Assembly (NCBI GenBank): GCA_019639255.1
Contig: JAHBSF010000008.1
Location: forward strand, 21,148 to 85,147
DNA: 64,000 nucleotides
From: Acidobacteriota bacterium
GTDB taxonomy: Bacteria; Acidobacteriota; Blastocatellia; RBC074
Direction of reading: 5' to 3'
The position numbers and the translations under genes are program-made. Below are positions 51,813 through 62,390 of the stretch, piece after piece. How positions within the stretch are numbered: the first letter of the stretch is position 1; every line of letters starts with the position of its first letter. Under the pieces are notes generated by a model that saw only the letters and a list, made by a program, of their open reading frames with translations, did not search any database and was not told the origin of the DNA.

Positions 51813-52859
51813 TCAGAAGCGATCGAAACGGACGAACGTATCCGGTCCGCCCTCGACGTGCACGGTATCGACGAAGCGGACGTGGCGCGTTTCGGTAGTC
51901 ATAATCAGCGATTGCGTGCGTTTGCCGGTGCCGAAGAAGCGCACGCCGCGCAGTATCGTGCCGTCGGTGACGCCGCAGGCTGCGAAGATTATCTTGCGGC
52001 CGGGTGCGAGTTCGTTGGTATCGTAAACGCGCGTGGGATCGGAAATCCCCATGCGCTTCATACGATCCGCAAGTCCGTCGGGCAGCTTCTCGCGGTCTTC
52101 GGGCTGTTCGAGCTGTTCGCGCAGCACAAAGCGCGACTGTATCTCTCCGTTCAGGCATCTCATCGCTGCGGCCGTTATGACGCCTTCCGGAGCGCCGCCT
52201 ATGCCCATCAGCGCGTGCACGCCCGAACCGGCTACGGCAGCCGAGATGCCCGCCGAGAGATCGCCGTCCGTAATCAGGCGTATGCGCGCTCCGGCCTGCC
52301 TGATTTCGGATACAAGGCGTTCGTGACGCGGCCGGTCCAGCACGATGATCGTCAGGTCGGTTACATCCCGGTTGAGTCGCCGCGCAATGGCCTTGAGGTT
52401 GTCCTTTACCGGCGCGTCTATATCCACTGCACCTTTGACCGACGGGCCGACGACGATTTTGTTCATGTACATGTCGGGCGCGTGCAGCAATCCTCCGCGC
52501 TCGGCCGCTGCAAGCACGGCTATGGCGTTCGGCGCGCCCGTAGCGCACAGGTTGGTGCCTTCGAGCGGATCTACGGCGATGTCGACTTCCGGGAATGACG
52601 CGCCGGCTTCGAGCGCGCCTCGGCCTACACGTTCGCCGATATAAAGCATCGGGGCTTCGTCGCGTTCGCCCTCGCCGATGACAATCGTGCCGGTCATGGG
52701 GATGGATTCCATCACCGAGCGCATTTTTTCGACGGCGACGTGATCGGAGTATTTGCGGTCGCCCTGCCCCATCGTGCGCGCGGCTGCGATGGCTGCGGCC
52801 TCGACTACGCGCAGGAAATCCAGCAGCAGATCGTGCTCCATCGGACGCTGGGTGCTCAT
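51813..52859 (-). CDS. glpX: Fructose-1,6-bisphosphatase class II
   Basis: [28 protein letters not shown]...[17 protein letters not shown]...DPLEGT. Canonical GlpX motifs. Confidence 0.9.
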   Translation of the reverse strand: MSTQRPMEHDLLLDFLRVVEAAAIAAARTMGQGDRKYSDHVAVEKMRSVMESIPMTGTIVIGEGERDEAPMLYIGERVGRGALEAGASFPEVDIAVDPLEGTNLCATGAPNAIAVLAAAERGGLLHAPDMYMNKIVVGPSVKGAVDIDAPVKDNLKAIARRLNRDVTDLTIIVLDRPRHERLVSEIRQAGARIRLITDGDLSAGISAAVAGSGVHALMGIGGAPEGVITAAAMRCLNGEIQSRFVLREQLEQPEDREKLPDGLADRMKRMGISDPTRVYDTNELAPGRKIIFAACGVTDGTILRGVRFFGTGKRTQSLIMTTETRHVRFVDTVHVEGGPDTFVRFDRF

Positions 52860-52881
52860 CGCCGTCCTCCTTGTTGATTGA

Positions 52882-52950
52882 AGGAGAGACAACTGTTCTG
52901 TTTCATTTCGTTTGTTCCGTTGTCTCGTTTCTTGGTTGTCTCGTTTCTTG
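52882..52950. repeat. Family-1 half-element (degenerate) upstream of glpX
   Basis: aggagagacaactgttctgtttcatttcgtttgttccgttgtctcgtttcttggttgtctcgtttcttg. Confidence 0.55.
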
Positions 52951-52962
52951 ATTATGTCCGAT

Positions 52963-53574
52963 TCAGGGCGAAACGACGCCTCCGGTTTGAACCTCGAGTT
53001 CTTCGAGCGATGCGCTCAAATGCGGATCGAAGCATTCGCGGCAGCGCGCCTCATAGGCTCCGGCGGCGCCGACTACTACGCGCTCCTTGCGGTGAATCAG
53101 CCGCTGCGTGTAGGTCGCCGGGTTGCCGCAGCACATACAAATGGCGCGCGTCTTTGTAATGTCCTCGGCTATTGCGAGCAGTTGCGGCATCGGCTCGAAG
53201 GGGCGGCCGAGATAGTCCATATCCAGGCCGGCGATTACCACGCGTTTGCCCTGATCCGCGAGTTGATTGGCTACGCGCACAAGATCCGAATCGAAGAACT
53301 GCCCCTCGTCTATGCCGATGACGTCGGTATCCACATCTACGATGGCGAGGATTTCGCCCGCGGAACCGACCAGATCCGAGTCGATTTTCATTTCCGAGTG
53401 CGAAACGATGTGGGACATAGAGTAGCGTTCATCTATAGCGGGTTTGAAGATCTGCACCTTCTGGCGCGCGATCTGTGCGCGGCGCAGGCGGCGAATGAGT
53501 TCTTCGCTTTTGCCGCTGAACATCGATCCCGTTATCACTTCTATCCAGCCCGCATCAGATGAATGCCGTTCCAA
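52963..53574 (-). CDS. tdk: Thymidine kinase
   Basis: P-loop [11 protein letters not shown] and C-terminal zinc ribbon CMCCG...C..C. Confidence 0.92.
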   Translation of the reverse strand: MERHSSDAGWIEVITGSMFSGKSEELIRRLRRAQIARQKVQIFKPAIDERYSMSHIVSHSEMKIDSDLVGSAGEILAIVDVDTDVIGIDEGQFFDSDLVRVANQLADQGKRVVIAGLDMDYLGRPFEPMPQLLAIAEDITKTRAICMCCGNPATYTQRLIHRKERVVVGAAGAYEARCRECFDPHLSASLEELEVQTGGVVSP

Positions 53575-53640
53575 TTTCCGGATTCTCCTTTTTTCGATGT
53601 GCGCCCCTTCTACACCAGAAGCAATGCTGCGGTCAAAGGA

Positions 53641-54098
53641 GGGGAGAAGAAAGTGCTGAGTGCGAGGGGGAAGAAGAAAGTGCTGAGTGCTGAGTGCTGA
53701 GTGCTGAGTGCAATTTGGAACTGAAGAACTTCTATACTCCGTCGAGAAAGTTCTTTGAGTTTTTCAGCCGCGGTAGCGGCGAAAGATCTGTAGCCCAGGG
53801 CGGCAAGCCCTGGGTAGGTGTAGAGAAACCGTACCAGCCCCGGAGGGGCGGAAGATCTTTCGCCCTTTCAGGGCTTGAACATTTTTTTCTGCTGACCTGG
53901 CGCTCACGCACCAGGCTACAGATCTTTCGCCGCTACCGCGGCTGAAAAACTCAAAGAACTTTCTCGACGGAGTATAGAAGTTCTTCAGTTCCAAATTGCA
54001 CTCAGCACTCAGCACTCAGCACTCAGCACTCAGCACTCAGCACTCAGCACTTCTTCTTCAGGTGCTTCTTCCTCCTCTTGATCTTCCACGATCAAGCC
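53641..54098. repeat. Family-2 giant near-perfect palindrome (~450 bp, copy B) capped at both ends by (GTGCTGAGT)n tandem arrays
   Basis: Left array has 4-5 gtgctgagt units, right array has 7 gcactcagc units. Core ggcgaaagatctgtagcccagggcggcaagccctgggtaggtgtagagaaaccgtaccagccccggaggggcggaagatctttcgccc and its mirror. The mirror-image ORFs 53694-53945(+) and 53764-54015(-) share an identical N-terminus. Confidence 0.9.
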
Positions 54099-54170
54099 GC
54101 GACAATGGGCCGCGGCGATTGCGGCGGTTTGCCCGTTTACGCATCAACTTAAAAGAATCGGAGAACATAT

Positions 54171-55817
54171 ATGCGGCGTACGTTTCTGGTAATCCTTCTC
54201 GGCCTCAGTCTGCTCAATCCGCTGCCGATGGCGGCGCAGGAGCCCGTAGACGCTTCGGTCAACGAGCGCATCGAGCGCGAGGGAATGAACAATTCCCGGA
54301 TCATGCAAACATTGCATTATCTGACCGACATGTACGGCCCGCGCCTTACGGGTTCGCCCTATCACAAGGCGGCGGCAGAATGGGCGGCGAAGGAAATGAC
54401 CAAATGGGGCCTGGCCAACGCCAGGCTCGAACCGTGGGATTTCGGTCATCCGGGCTGGCTCAACGAACGCCTTACAGCACATATCATTTCTCCGGTCAAG
54501 GATCATTTGACGGGCGAGGTGCTGGCCTGGACGCCGAGCACTCCCGGAGTCGTTACAGCGCAGGCTTTCCACCTCATTCCGCCCGACCGTCCGACCGCCG
54601 AGCAGTTGACCGCTTACCTGGATTCGGTAAAAGAGCGTGTGCGCGGGAAAATCGTGCTGGTCGGCAAACATCAATTCGTGCCCGTGACGATCACGCCTTC
54701 GACCCGGCGCGTAGAGGATGCGCAGCTTCGGCAGCGTTTTGATCCCAACAATCAGAACGCCGATCAGAGGCCGCCCTTTGCGCGTGGACAGCAGGGACCT
54801 CCGCCGCAGCCCGGCGTGCTCAACCCGCGCCAGATCGCCGAGCAGATCGACGCATTTCTTGTTGCAAACGGCGCAGCCGTGCGCATAGATGACGGCGGGC
54901 GCGAACACGGACAGATACGCGCATTCCACAACCGCACCTTCGATCCCTCGAAGGTCGCGCCCACCGTGATACTGCGCAACGAGGATTTCGGCCGCATTTC
55001 GCGATTGCTCGCAAACGGCTCGCCTGTAGAGCTTGAATTCAACGTCGTCAACCGCATCTATCCCGAAGGCCGGACCTCCTACAACGTCGTCGCCGAAATT
55101 CCCGGAACCGACAAGGGCGATGAAGTCATCATGCTCGGCGGACATCTGGATTCGTGGCACGCAGCGACCGGAGCTACCGACAACGCCATCGGCTGCGCGG
55201 TGATGATGGAAGCGGCGAGGATCATTCACTCGCTCGGCCTCAAGCCCCGGCGCACCATAAGGGTCGCGCTCTGGGGCGGCGAGGAACAGGGTCTGCTCGG
55301 ATCGCTCGCCTACGTAAAGGAACACTTCGGCACGGCCGAAAATCCAAAACCCGCATACGAAAAATTCGGCGGTTATTTCAATATCGATACGGGTACGGGA
55401 CGCGTTCGGGGACTGACCGTATTCGGGCCGCCCGAAGCGGCTTCGGTAATAAGGGAGATAATCGCGCCGTTCGAGAAATTCGGCGTAATGGGCGCGGCCG
55501 CATCGCGCAGCCGCGGCCTCGGCGGTTCGGATCATACCTCTTTCAATCAGGCGGGCCTGCCCGGCATAGGCGCGATGCAGGATCCCATCGAATACGGCTC
55601 GGCTACCTGGCATACGAACCTCGACACCTATGAGCGGATCATAGAGGACGACGCCAGGAAGTCCGCCGTAGTCATCGCGTCGGCGGTATATCATCTTGCG
55701 ATGCGCGATCAACTGCTGCCGCGTTTTGCCGGGGATCAGATGCCGCAACCGCCCGGCGCGCGTCCGGCAACGCCTCCCGTGACCCCGGCTGCGCCCGCGC
55801 GGCAAGGCAACCGGTAA
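54171..55817 (+). CDS. Secreted M28-family metallopeptidase (aminopeptidase) with PA domain
   Basis: Signal peptide [24 protein letters not shown]28 zinc ligands [29 protein letters not shown] and [13 protein letters not shown]. Confidence 0.85.
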   Translation: MRRTFLVILLGLSLLNPLPMAAQEPVDASVNERIEREGMNNSRIMQTLHYLTDMYGPRLTGSPYHKAAAEWAAKEMTKWGLANARLEPWDFGHPGWLNERLTAHIISPVKDHLTGEVLAWTPSTPGVVTAQAFHLIPPDRPTAEQLTAYLDSVKERVRGKIVLVGKHQFVPVTITPSTRRVEDAQLRQRFDPNNQNADQRPPFARGQQGPPPQPGVLNPRQIAEQIDAFLVANGAAVRIDDGGREHGQIRAFHNRTFDPSKVAPTVILRNEDFGRISRLLANGSPVELEFNVVNRIYPEGRTSYNVVAEIPGTDKGDEVIMLGGHLDSWHAATGATDNAIGCAVMMEAARIIHSLGLKPRRTIRVALWGGEEQGLLGSLAYVKEHFGTAENPKPAYEKFGGYFNIDTGTGRVRGLTVFGPPEAASVIREIIAPFEKFGVMGAAASRSRGLGGSDHTSFNQAGLPGIGAMQDPIEYGSATWHTNLDTYERIIEDDARKSAVVIASAVYHLAMRDQLLPRFAGDQMPQPPGARPATPPVTPAAPARQGNR

Positions 55818-55906
55818 AGATGACGGAACAAGCGAAAGTACACGAAACAAACGGAAAGTAACTGTTTTCGTTTGTTTCGTTTCTTTCCGTTTGTTCCATT
55901 ATCTCT
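55817..55906. repeat. Family-1 element (copy 17, divergent)
   Basis: aagatgacggaacaagcgaaagtacacgaaacaaacggaaag-taactg-ttttcgtttgtttcgtttctttccgtttgttccattatctct. Confidence 0.8.
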
Positions 55907-55917
55907 AAAGTTTTGTT

Positions 55918-57156
55918 ATGCCGAGATCACTGTTTTCACTCGTCGATCGTCCCAGTCGCGATCCGGTAAGGACGCTCCTCAAGGATCAACGAATCGTTCG
56001 CGCCGAGGCGTTCTTTGCCACATCGGCTGATCGATTCAACGCCGAGCACATACGCATATGCGAGATCCCCGCCCCGCCATTCAAGGAGCATGAACGCGGA
56101 AGGTACTTCGCCGCGCGCTTCATCGAACTCGGCCTCGCCGACGTGCATACCGACAGCGTAGGCAACGTCATAGGCTTCCGGCGCGGTGTAAACGACGATC
56201 CGATCGTAGTGCTTTCGGCGCATCTCGATACTGTATTTCCCGAAGGGACCGATGTACGGGTGCGGCGCGAGGGCGACAGGTTGTGCGCGCCGGGAATTGC
56301 GGATAACGCCGCGGGGCTTGCGGCGCTGATTGCACTGATACAGGCCTTGAATGCAGCTCAAATCCGCACGAAGGGTACGCTCGCTTTCGTCGCTACGGTG
56401 GGCGAGGAAGGCGAGGGCAATCTGCGCGGCGTGCGCCACCTGTTCAGCGAGGGCAAGCTTGCCGGGCGCGTTGCGTCGTTTATTTCATTCGACGGTCCGG
56501 GGCTGGATTACATTACGAATCAGGCGCTCGGTTCGCGCCGCTACCGCGTGCGGTTCAGCGGTCCGGGCGGGCACAGTTGGGCGGATTTCGGCGTGGTCAA
56601 TCCCGTGCACGCGGTGGGGAGCGTGGTTGCCCTTATGTCTGCGTATCGCGCGCCTGCCGAACCGCGCACCACGTTTAACATCGGCCGGATTGCGGGCGGC
56701 GAATCGGTAAACGTCATTCCGGCTGCGGCGGAGATGGACGTGGATCTGCGTTCGGCGTCGGATGAGGAACTGAATCGCATCGAGGATCATTTGTTGAACG
56801 CGGTGCATCGGGCGGCGGAGGAAGAAAACACCGGGCGCGCAGTTTCAGGGCAATCGCTGCAAATGAATGTACAGTTGATAGGCGACCGGCCCGCGGGTGA
56901 AACTCCCGCGTCTTCGATGCTCGTGCGGGCGGCACTGGCCGCATCGCGCGCCTGCGGGATAGATGCAATACTCAACCGCGCCTCTACGGATTCGAACATT
57001 CCCATAAGTCTCGGCATTCCGGCAGTGACGATCGGAACCGGAGGCGCGTTTAACGATGCTCACCGGCTCAGCGAATGGTACGATCCGGCGGGACGCGAAA
57101 CCGGTTACAGGCGCGCGATGCTTTTATCGCTTGCGATGACGGGCCTTGCATCCTGA
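55918..57156 (+). CDS. M20/M25/M40-family metallopeptidase (peptidase T / deacylase-like)
   Basis: [26 protein letters not shown] metal-binding motifs and dimerisation-domain insert. Confidence 0.85.
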   Translation: MPRSLFSLVDRPSRDPVRTLLKDQRIVRAEAFFATSADRFNAEHIRICEIPAPPFKEHERGRYFAARFIELGLADVHTDSVGNVIGFRRGVNDDPIVVLSAHLDTVFPEGTDVRVRREGDRLCAPGIADNAAGLAALIALIQALNAAQIRTKGTLAFVATVGEEGEGNLRGVRHLFSEGKLAGRVASFISFDGPGLDYITNQALGSRRYRVRFSGPGGHSWADFGVVNPVHAVGSVVALMSAYRAPAEPRTTFNIGRIAGGESVNVIPAAAEMDVDLRSASDEELNRIEDHLLNAVHRAAEEENTGRAVSGQSLQMNVQLIGDRPAGETPASSMLVRAALAASRACGIDAILNRASTDSNIPISLGIPAVTIGTGGAFNDAHRLSEWYDPAGRETGYRRAMLLSLAMTGLAS

Positions 57157-57177
57157 TCAGCAAAGAGGAGGCGAATA

Positions 57178-57422
57178 TGTCGAACGGACACGGACTGAGC
57201 GAAGAGGAGCAGGATTTTTTTGAAGCGATCGATCGCAACACCATGGCCGAACAGCATATCTTCGACGCGTTGTCCGACATAAGCGACGAACAGTACTACA
57301 CGCTGTTTGAAGTCGAAGTGGAACATACCTGCGGCCCGGCGCAGGTGCAGGTTTATCCGGAACGCGCCGGCACGCTTTACCGCTGCCTGAATTGCGGTAT
57401 GGCCGGCATAATCGGCGGGTAA
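57178..57422 (+). CDS. Small hypothetical Cys-containing (putative zinc-ribbon) protein
   Basis: RBS aggagg 6 nt upstream. 81 aa MSNGHGLSEEEQDFFEAID...HTCGP...CLNCG. Acidic with 4 Cys. Confidence 0.4.
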
Positions 57423-57525
57423 GAGAAGAGATAACGGAACAAACGAAATAAGACGAAAACTACAGAAATACTCAACTTTTCCGTGATTTCCGTCTTATTT
57501 CGTTTGTTCCGTTATCTCTTCTTTT
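57421..57525. repeat. Family-1 element (copy 18)
   Basis: aagagaagagataacggaacaaacgaaataagacgaaaactacagaaatactcaacttttccgtgatttccgtcttatttcgtttgttccgttatctcttctttt. Confidence 0.9.
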
Positions 57526-57526
57526 A

Positions 57527-58933
57527 TCAGCTTCGAAGTTTCATCGCCTCGGCATCCCACTCGCAGATGCGTCGATCGAAGTAGCTGACATTCGCCATCA
57601 ATGCGGGGGCTGCGGCGCGGAAACCGAATACGGCGTCCTCTACAACCTGCTCGCGCGTGCGCATGGCGTTGAAGAAGTTTCTGAAGTGATCCAGCCGTTC
57701 GTCGTATTTATCCGAGGCGGCGAAGCGTTCTTCGGGATAAGCGCTCAGTGCGGCGTCGTTTCGCGGGTGCTGTTTGCGGTATTCCCTCATAAACGCTTCC
57801 TGCACGGCTTCGGGGAAGGTATCGATCGAGGTTCCGGGTTCACGTTCCTTCGGCGTCCGGCGCAGTACTACGCCGTTTCCGCCTATGATGATGACGCCCT
57901 CGCTGCCGACGAAACGGTACTCCCACGTTCCCCAGCCGCTGCGGTCCGTTCCACCGTCGCACAGGCTGACGCGAAAGTTCATGTTGAATGCCGGATGGGC
58001 GTCAGTCTTCGGATAATCGAACAGCCCGAGCAGAAGATCCGGCACATCGCGCCCGTCGTGCCAGTAGTGCAGCCCGCCGGTTGCAAGCACGCGGCTCGGC
58101 CCCTTCGCTCCGGTGACGAAGTGCGCGCTCGTAAACTGATGGACGAACAGATCGCCGCCTATGCCGGTGCCGTAGTCGCGGTAATTGCGCCAGCGGAAAA
58201 ACCTTTTGGCATCGAACGGCACCTTCGGCGCGCGTCCGAGAAACCGGTCCCAGTCGATGTTCTGCGGCGAGGCGTCGGGCGGGATAGAATACTGCCAGGC
58301 GCTCCTCGGTCCGCGGCGCAGCAGCGTCGAATCTACGAAGTTGAGTTCGCCGATTACGCCGGAAGACAGCAATTCCTTGGCCTTTTTATAAACGACCGAG
58401 GAAACAAACTGGCTGCCGACCTGGAATATGCGTTTGGTTTGCTGCTGCGCGGCGATTACGGCGTGGCCTTCATCGAGCTGCTGGACTACGGGTTTTTCGC
58501 AGTATACGTCCTTCCCGGCATTCATCGCGTCGACCGATATGCGCGAATGCCAGTGGTCGGGCGTGGCAATGATTACGGCGTCGATGTCGGGGCGAGCCAG
58601 CACCTCGCGGTAATCGCGCGTGGTCATCACGTTTTTGCCGAATACTTCCTTGACGCGGGTCAAACGGCCGTCGTAGAGGTCTGCGGCTGCGACCAGTTCA
58701 ACGCCCCTGACGCGCAGCGCCGTTTCGGTATCCCCGAAACCCATTCCGCCCGCTCCGATCAGGCCCAGGCGTATGCGGTCGTTGGGCGATACGGGACGCT
58801 GCGATTGCGGCTCGGAATCGAGAAATGTGGTGCGCGGCCCCCCGTGTATGCGCACGCTCGAGCCTGCGGCGGCTGCGCCCGCTGCGGCCAGCTTCAGAAA
58901 ATTGCGGCGTGAACCGGATCCGGATTTCTTCAT
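57527..58933 (-). CDS. Tat-exported Gfo/Idh/MocA-family oxidoreductase
   Basis: Twin-arginine signal [17 protein letters not shown]. Rossmann [10 protein letters not shown]. Confidence 0.85.
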   Translation of the reverse strand: MKKSGSGSRRNFLKLAAAGAAAAGSSVRIHGGPRTTFLDSEPQSQRPVSPNDRIRLGLIGAGGMGFGDTETALRVRGVELVAAADLYDGRLTRVKEVFGKNVMTTRDYREVLARPDIDAVIIATPDHWHSRISVDAMNAGKDVYCEKPVVQQLDEGHAVIAAQQQTKRIFQVGSQFVSSVVYKKAKELLSSGVIGELNFVDSTLLRRGPRSAWQYSIPPDASPQNIDWDRFLGRAPKVPFDAKRFFRWRNYRDYGTGIGGDLFVHQFTSAHFVTGAKGPSRVLATGGLHYWHDGRDVPDLLLGLFDYPKTDAHPAFNMNFRVSLCDGGTDRSGWGTWEYRFVGSEGVIIIGGNGVVLRRTPKEREPGTSIDTFPEAVQEAFMREYRKQHPRNDAALSAYPEERFAASDKYDERLDHFRNFFNAMRTREQVVEDAVFGFRAAAPALMANVSYFDRRICEWDAEAMKLRS

Positions 58934-59080
58934 GATATTTCCTCCCGGGAAGTGTCGAATGCAGGCAGTTTACATCGGACGGGGCAACAATGGAACGCGG
59001 CTTTGTACATGCAGTTCGTGGAATGCATTTCTTTCCCTACACGCTGTTGAACAACTACGGACGATCTGGTATCAGGGAGC

Positions 59081-60016
59081 GTGATCAACAAATCCTCATC
59101 GACCACATCCCCGATTGATCGCGCCCCGACCGGCTCCATAGATTCCGGGATGCTGCTGGTAGCGCTGATATGGGGGGCGAATTTCGCAATCGTCAAATCG
59201 AGTTTCGCCCAGATTCCGCCGCTTGCCTTCGCCGCGCTCAGATATGTGCTGGCATCGCTCGCGCTTGCGGCGCTGCTCAGATGGCGCGAGGGACTCTCGC
59301 CGCTGCCCCCCGGAAGCTTCCGGCGAATAATGTGGCTCGGACTGATCGGGAACACGGGCTATCAGGCGCTGTTTGTCATCGGCCTCTCGATGACTACGGC
59401 AGCCAACAGTTCGATGCTGCTGTCGACGACGCCCGCGCTCGTAGCCCTGTTCGGCGGACTGCTGGGAATAGAAACAATCAACCGGCGCACGGCTTCAGGC
59501 ATCGCGATGGCTACAGCGGGAATCGCGCTCGTGATGCTGGCGCGCGGGGCGTCCTTTTCTATGAGCACGGTTCTCGGCGATCTGATTACGCTGGCGTCGG
59601 TGCTGTGCTGGGTAACGTATGTGCTGGGCGTGCGCACGCTGGCGGGCAAGATCTCCTCGCTGCGACTGACGGCGCTCACAATGCTCGCCGGAACGCCCGG
59701 CCTGCTGCTGCTCGGCGGCGCGCAGATGATGAAACTTGACTGGGCAGCCTTCAGCCCAAGTACATGGTTCGGCGTGTTTTACGCCTCGATGCTGGCGCTC
59801 GTTGTGTCCTACCTTCTTTACAACCGCGCCGTAGCCCGCATCGGCAGCGTCCGCACTTCCGTACACGGCTGCATAATACCTGTAGTCGCCGCGCTCATTG
59901 CCTGGCCCGTGCTCGGCGAACGCCCAACCCTTTGGCAGGGCGCCGGTGCAGCGCTCATCATCGGCGGCGTCCTTCTTACCCGTGGAAAAAAAGAAACCGC
60001 GGAATCTGCGAAATAA
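59081..60016 (+). CDS. DMT-superfamily (EamA-like) transporter
   Basis: 10 TM segments and two EamA repeats (LVALIWGANFAIVK..., WVTYVLGVR...). Confidence 0.85.
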   Translation: MINKSSSTTSPIDRAPTGSIDSGMLLVALIWGANFAIVKSSFAQIPPLAFAALRYVLASLALAALLRWREGLSPLPPGSFRRIMWLGLIGNTGYQALFVIGLSMTTAANSSMLLSTTPALVALFGGLLGIETINRRTASGIAMATAGIALVMLARGASFSMSTVLGDLITLASVLCWVTYVLGVRTLAGKISSLRLTALTMLAGTPGLLLLGGAQMMKLDWAAFSPSTWFGVFYASMLALVVSYLLYNRAVARIGSVRTSVHGCIIPVVAALIAWPVLGERPTLWQGAGAALIIGGVLLTRGKKETAESAK

Positions 60017-60086
60017 AGCCGAAAATCACCGAAATATGCACCTTTTCCGTGATTTTTGTTTCATTCCGTTTGTTCCGTTATCTCTC
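60012..60086. repeat. Family-1 element (copy 19, left arm truncated)
   Basis: aataaagccgaaaatcaccgaaatatgcaccttttccgtgatttttgtttcattccgtttgttccgttatctctcc. Confidence 0.8.
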
Positions 60087-60269
60087 CAACCGGGAATGGT
60101 CAAATGCCCCTATGTACCAGCCTGCCCCGCCAAAGTCGTGAAATGCCCCATTAGTTTATTCTCGGATTCAGAATTGTTTTCACCATAAACCGTTGCAATG
60201 CAAGGTATTTGCAATATGGAGACGGGGATTTGGGGGATTTCTGCGGCGTATTACCGGCGCTGTAGACGG

Positions 60270-60286
60270 TCGGTACGCTGGTTGCA
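60270..60286 (+). promoter_or_regulatory. Possible sigma-54 (-24/-12) promoter upstream of the first usp gene
   Basis: cGGtACgctggTTGCa compared with the TGGCAC-N5-TTGC consensus, with correct GG/GC spacing. About 65 nt upstream of the ATG at 60349. Confidence 0.3.
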
Positions 60287-60348
60287 GGCATCTGTCTTAC
60301 AGCAATAAGGAGCAATAAGGGTTGATAAGGAAGGATCAGGAGGGTGTA

Positions 60349-61275
60349 ATGGCTGAAAGGTTGAAGATTCTGATTGCTTACGACGGTTCGGAATGTGCGG
60401 ATGCAGCGCTTGCGGATCTGAAACGGGCGGGTTTGCCGGCTGAAGCCGAAGCCATAGTGCTGGCGGTTGACGAGCAATGGCTGCCTGCGCCGACGACGTA
60501 CTGGCTGGTGGAAACCGCGCGCGGGACTACGCACCCGGTATCGGAGGAAGTTACGGCGATGGCCGAGCGCGGGGCCGCCTGCGTTAAAGAGCTTTTTCCT
60601 TCGTGGGAGGTGCGCGCCGAAGCGCACGGCGGTTCTCCGGCGTCGATCATACTTGCGGCGGCAGAGCAGTGGAACATTGATCTGATAGTTGTGGGTTCGC
60701 ACGGACGCACGGGGCTTACGAGGTTGCTGCTCGGCAGCGTATCGCAGAAAATACTGCATCAGGCGCCGTGTTCGGTGCGCGTAGCGCGCGCGCACGATGT
60801 GCCTGTAGATGCGCCGATCGGTATAATCGTGGGTGTAGACGGATCGGATGGGGCGGATGCTGCGGCGCGCGAGGTTGCAGCGCGTCCATGGCCCGCAGGA
60901 ACGCGTGCACTGCTGTTGTCGGTTATGCCGGAGATTCCCTCGGTGGCAAGCAATCGCATCATAGGCCCGATTTCGAAATGGCTTGAAGAGGAACGCGCCA
61001 GAGTTGTGGGCGTGGGCGGGCGTCTGGAAGCGGAGTTGCGCGAGGCCGGATGCGAGGTCAGCCTGCTTGTAAGGGACGGCGACCCGCGCGGCGTGCTGCT
61101 TGAAGAGGCCAAACGCATGGGCGCCGATTGCATATTCGTCGGCGCAACCGGAATGAGCGCGCTCGACCGGCTGCTGCTCGGCAGCGTTTCGGGCGCAGTG
61201 ACGGCGCGCGCAGAGTGTTCTGTAGAAGTAGTTCGCAAGCCCGCGTCCGAAAAACCGGGTTCGCAGACCGAGTGA
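60349..61275 (+). CDS. Universal stress protein, tandem-domain UspA
   Basis: Two Usp domains: MAERLKILIAYDGSECADAAL...IDLIVVGSHGRTGLTRLLLGSVS and IGIIVGVDGSDGADAA...ADCIFVGATGMSALDRLLLGSVS. Confidence 0.85.
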   Translation: MAERLKILIAYDGSECADAALADLKRAGLPAEAEAIVLAVDEQWLPAPTTYWLVETARGTTHPVSEEVTAMAERGAACVKELFPSWEVRAEAHGGSPASIILAAAEQWNIDLIVVGSHGRTGLTRLLLGSVSQKILHQAPCSVRVARAHDVPVDAPIGIIVGVDGSDGADAAAREVAARPWPAGTRALLLSVMPEIPSVASNRIIGPISKWLEEERARVVGVGGRLEAELREAGCEVSLLVRDGDPRGVLLEEAKRMGADCIFVGATGMSALDRLLLGSVSGAVTARAECSVEVVRKPASEKPGSQTE

Positions 61276-61280
61276 GTTAA

Positions 61281-61418
61281 ATCAAACCACACGACTTCGG
61301 GATGAAAAAGAGAGATGACGGAACAAACGAAATGCAACGAAAATTACGAAAAAGTTGAATTTTTTCGTTTGTTCCGTCATCTCTCTTTTTCATCCCGAAG
61401 TCGTGTGGTTTGATTCAA
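61281..61418. repeat. Family-1 element (copy 20) with ~28-bp copy-specific extended palindromic flanks, between the two usp paralogs
   Basis: caaaccacacgacttcgggatgaaaaagagagatgacggaacaaacgaaatgcaacgaaaattacgaaaaagttgaattttttcgtttgttccgtcatctctctttttcatcccgaagtcgtgtggtttg. Confidence 0.9.
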
Positions 61419-61453
61419 CCCAAAGTGAATCTGAAAGGAGCACGTCCAGGATA

Positions 61454-62320
61454 ATGAAGATTCTGATCGCTTACGACGGATCGAAGCACGCGCAGGCCGC
61501 GCTCGATGATTTGCGCCGCGCCGGACTGCCCGATGACACCGAGGCCACGATCATCTCCGTAGCCGAGATGATTACACCGACGCTTCAGGTGCATACGCGC
61601 ACGCCCGCCGACGCTCCGCCCGATCAGCCCTTCGGCCCCAAGGAAGCCGAGATGTTAACCCGGCAGGCCGCAGAGCGGATAAAAAAGGCGTTCCCGAAAT
61701 GGACGCTCGATACGGATTTCGAAACCGGCTCCGCGGCGTGGGCTATCGTCGAGAAAGCCGACAAGCTGAAACCCGACCTGATCATTGTCGGCTCTCACGG
61801 ACGCTCGGCGCTCGGCCGCGCCATCTTCGGCAGCACGTCGCAGCGCGTAGCCACGGATGCGCGTTGTTCTGTGCGCGTAGCGCGCACGCCGAGATCGGAC
61901 AAGCCGCCGCGCATCCTGCTGTGCATCGACGGATCGGAATACGCCGAAGCTGCTCTCAACGCGGTCGCGGCCCGCTCCTGGCCCGAAGGCGCCGAGGTGC
62001 GGATGATTTCGGCCGTGGGGCCGTTTTCCGGGATGAGGGTCGCCGATTTCACCCTCGAACTCGATCGCACCAATACGTTGCAGCAGACTGCTGCGGCGCT
62101 TCTGGCCGCCAACAATATTCTTACATCCACCGTGTCGAAGGACGGCGATCCGAAGCAGGTGATTCTCGAACACGCCGAGGAATGGGGCGCTGACTGCATT
62201 TTCCTCGGCTCGCGCGGACTCAACCGTTTCCACCGCTTCTGGCTCGGAAGCGTTTCGACCGCGGTGGTGGCGCGCGCGCTTTGTTCGGTGGAAATCGTGA
62301 GAAAGGCCGCATCTGTGTAA
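61454..62320 (+). CDS. Universal stress protein, tandem-domain UspA (paralog)
   Basis: MKILIAYDGSKHAQAALDDLRRAGLP...LIIVGSHGRSALGRAIFGSTS and ...ADCIFLGSRGLNRFHRFWLGSVS. Same architecture as 60349-61275. Confidence 0.85.
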   Translation: MKILIAYDGSKHAQAALDDLRRAGLPDDTEATIISVAEMITPTLQVHTRTPADAPPDQPFGPKEAEMLTRQAAERIKKAFPKWTLDTDFETGSAAWAIVEKADKLKPDLIIVGSHGRSALGRAIFGSTSQRVATDARCSVRVARTPRSDKPPRILLCIDGSEYAEAALNAVAARSWPEGAEVRMISAVGPFSGMRVADFTLELDRTNTLQQTAAALLAANNILTSTVSKDGDPKQVILEHAEEWGADCIFLGSRGLNRFHRFWLGSVSTAVVARALCSVEIVRKAASV

Positions 62321-62390
62321 ACTGCGCCTCATCTTCAGAATGACGCCCGCAGGATCAAAACCAAACCGCGGTATACGCGGACGCAACAGT

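Noticed and set aside
51802-52548. Upstream 250 codons of the 426-aa ORF 51268-52548(-)
   Set aside because: This part overlaps glpX antisense and translates to an Arg-rich sequence. Only the 3' 534 nt (DUF2085 protein starting MKRQLHLFYF) look genuine.
53694-54015. Mirror-image ORFs 53694-53945(+) and 53764-54015(-) with identical N-termini [34 protein letters not shown], and 53996-54742(+) starting [15 protein letters not shown]
   Set aside because: These are artefacts of the family-2 palindrome and its GTGCTGAGT arrays. The same peptide appearing on both strands is the signature of a DNA palindrome, not a gene.
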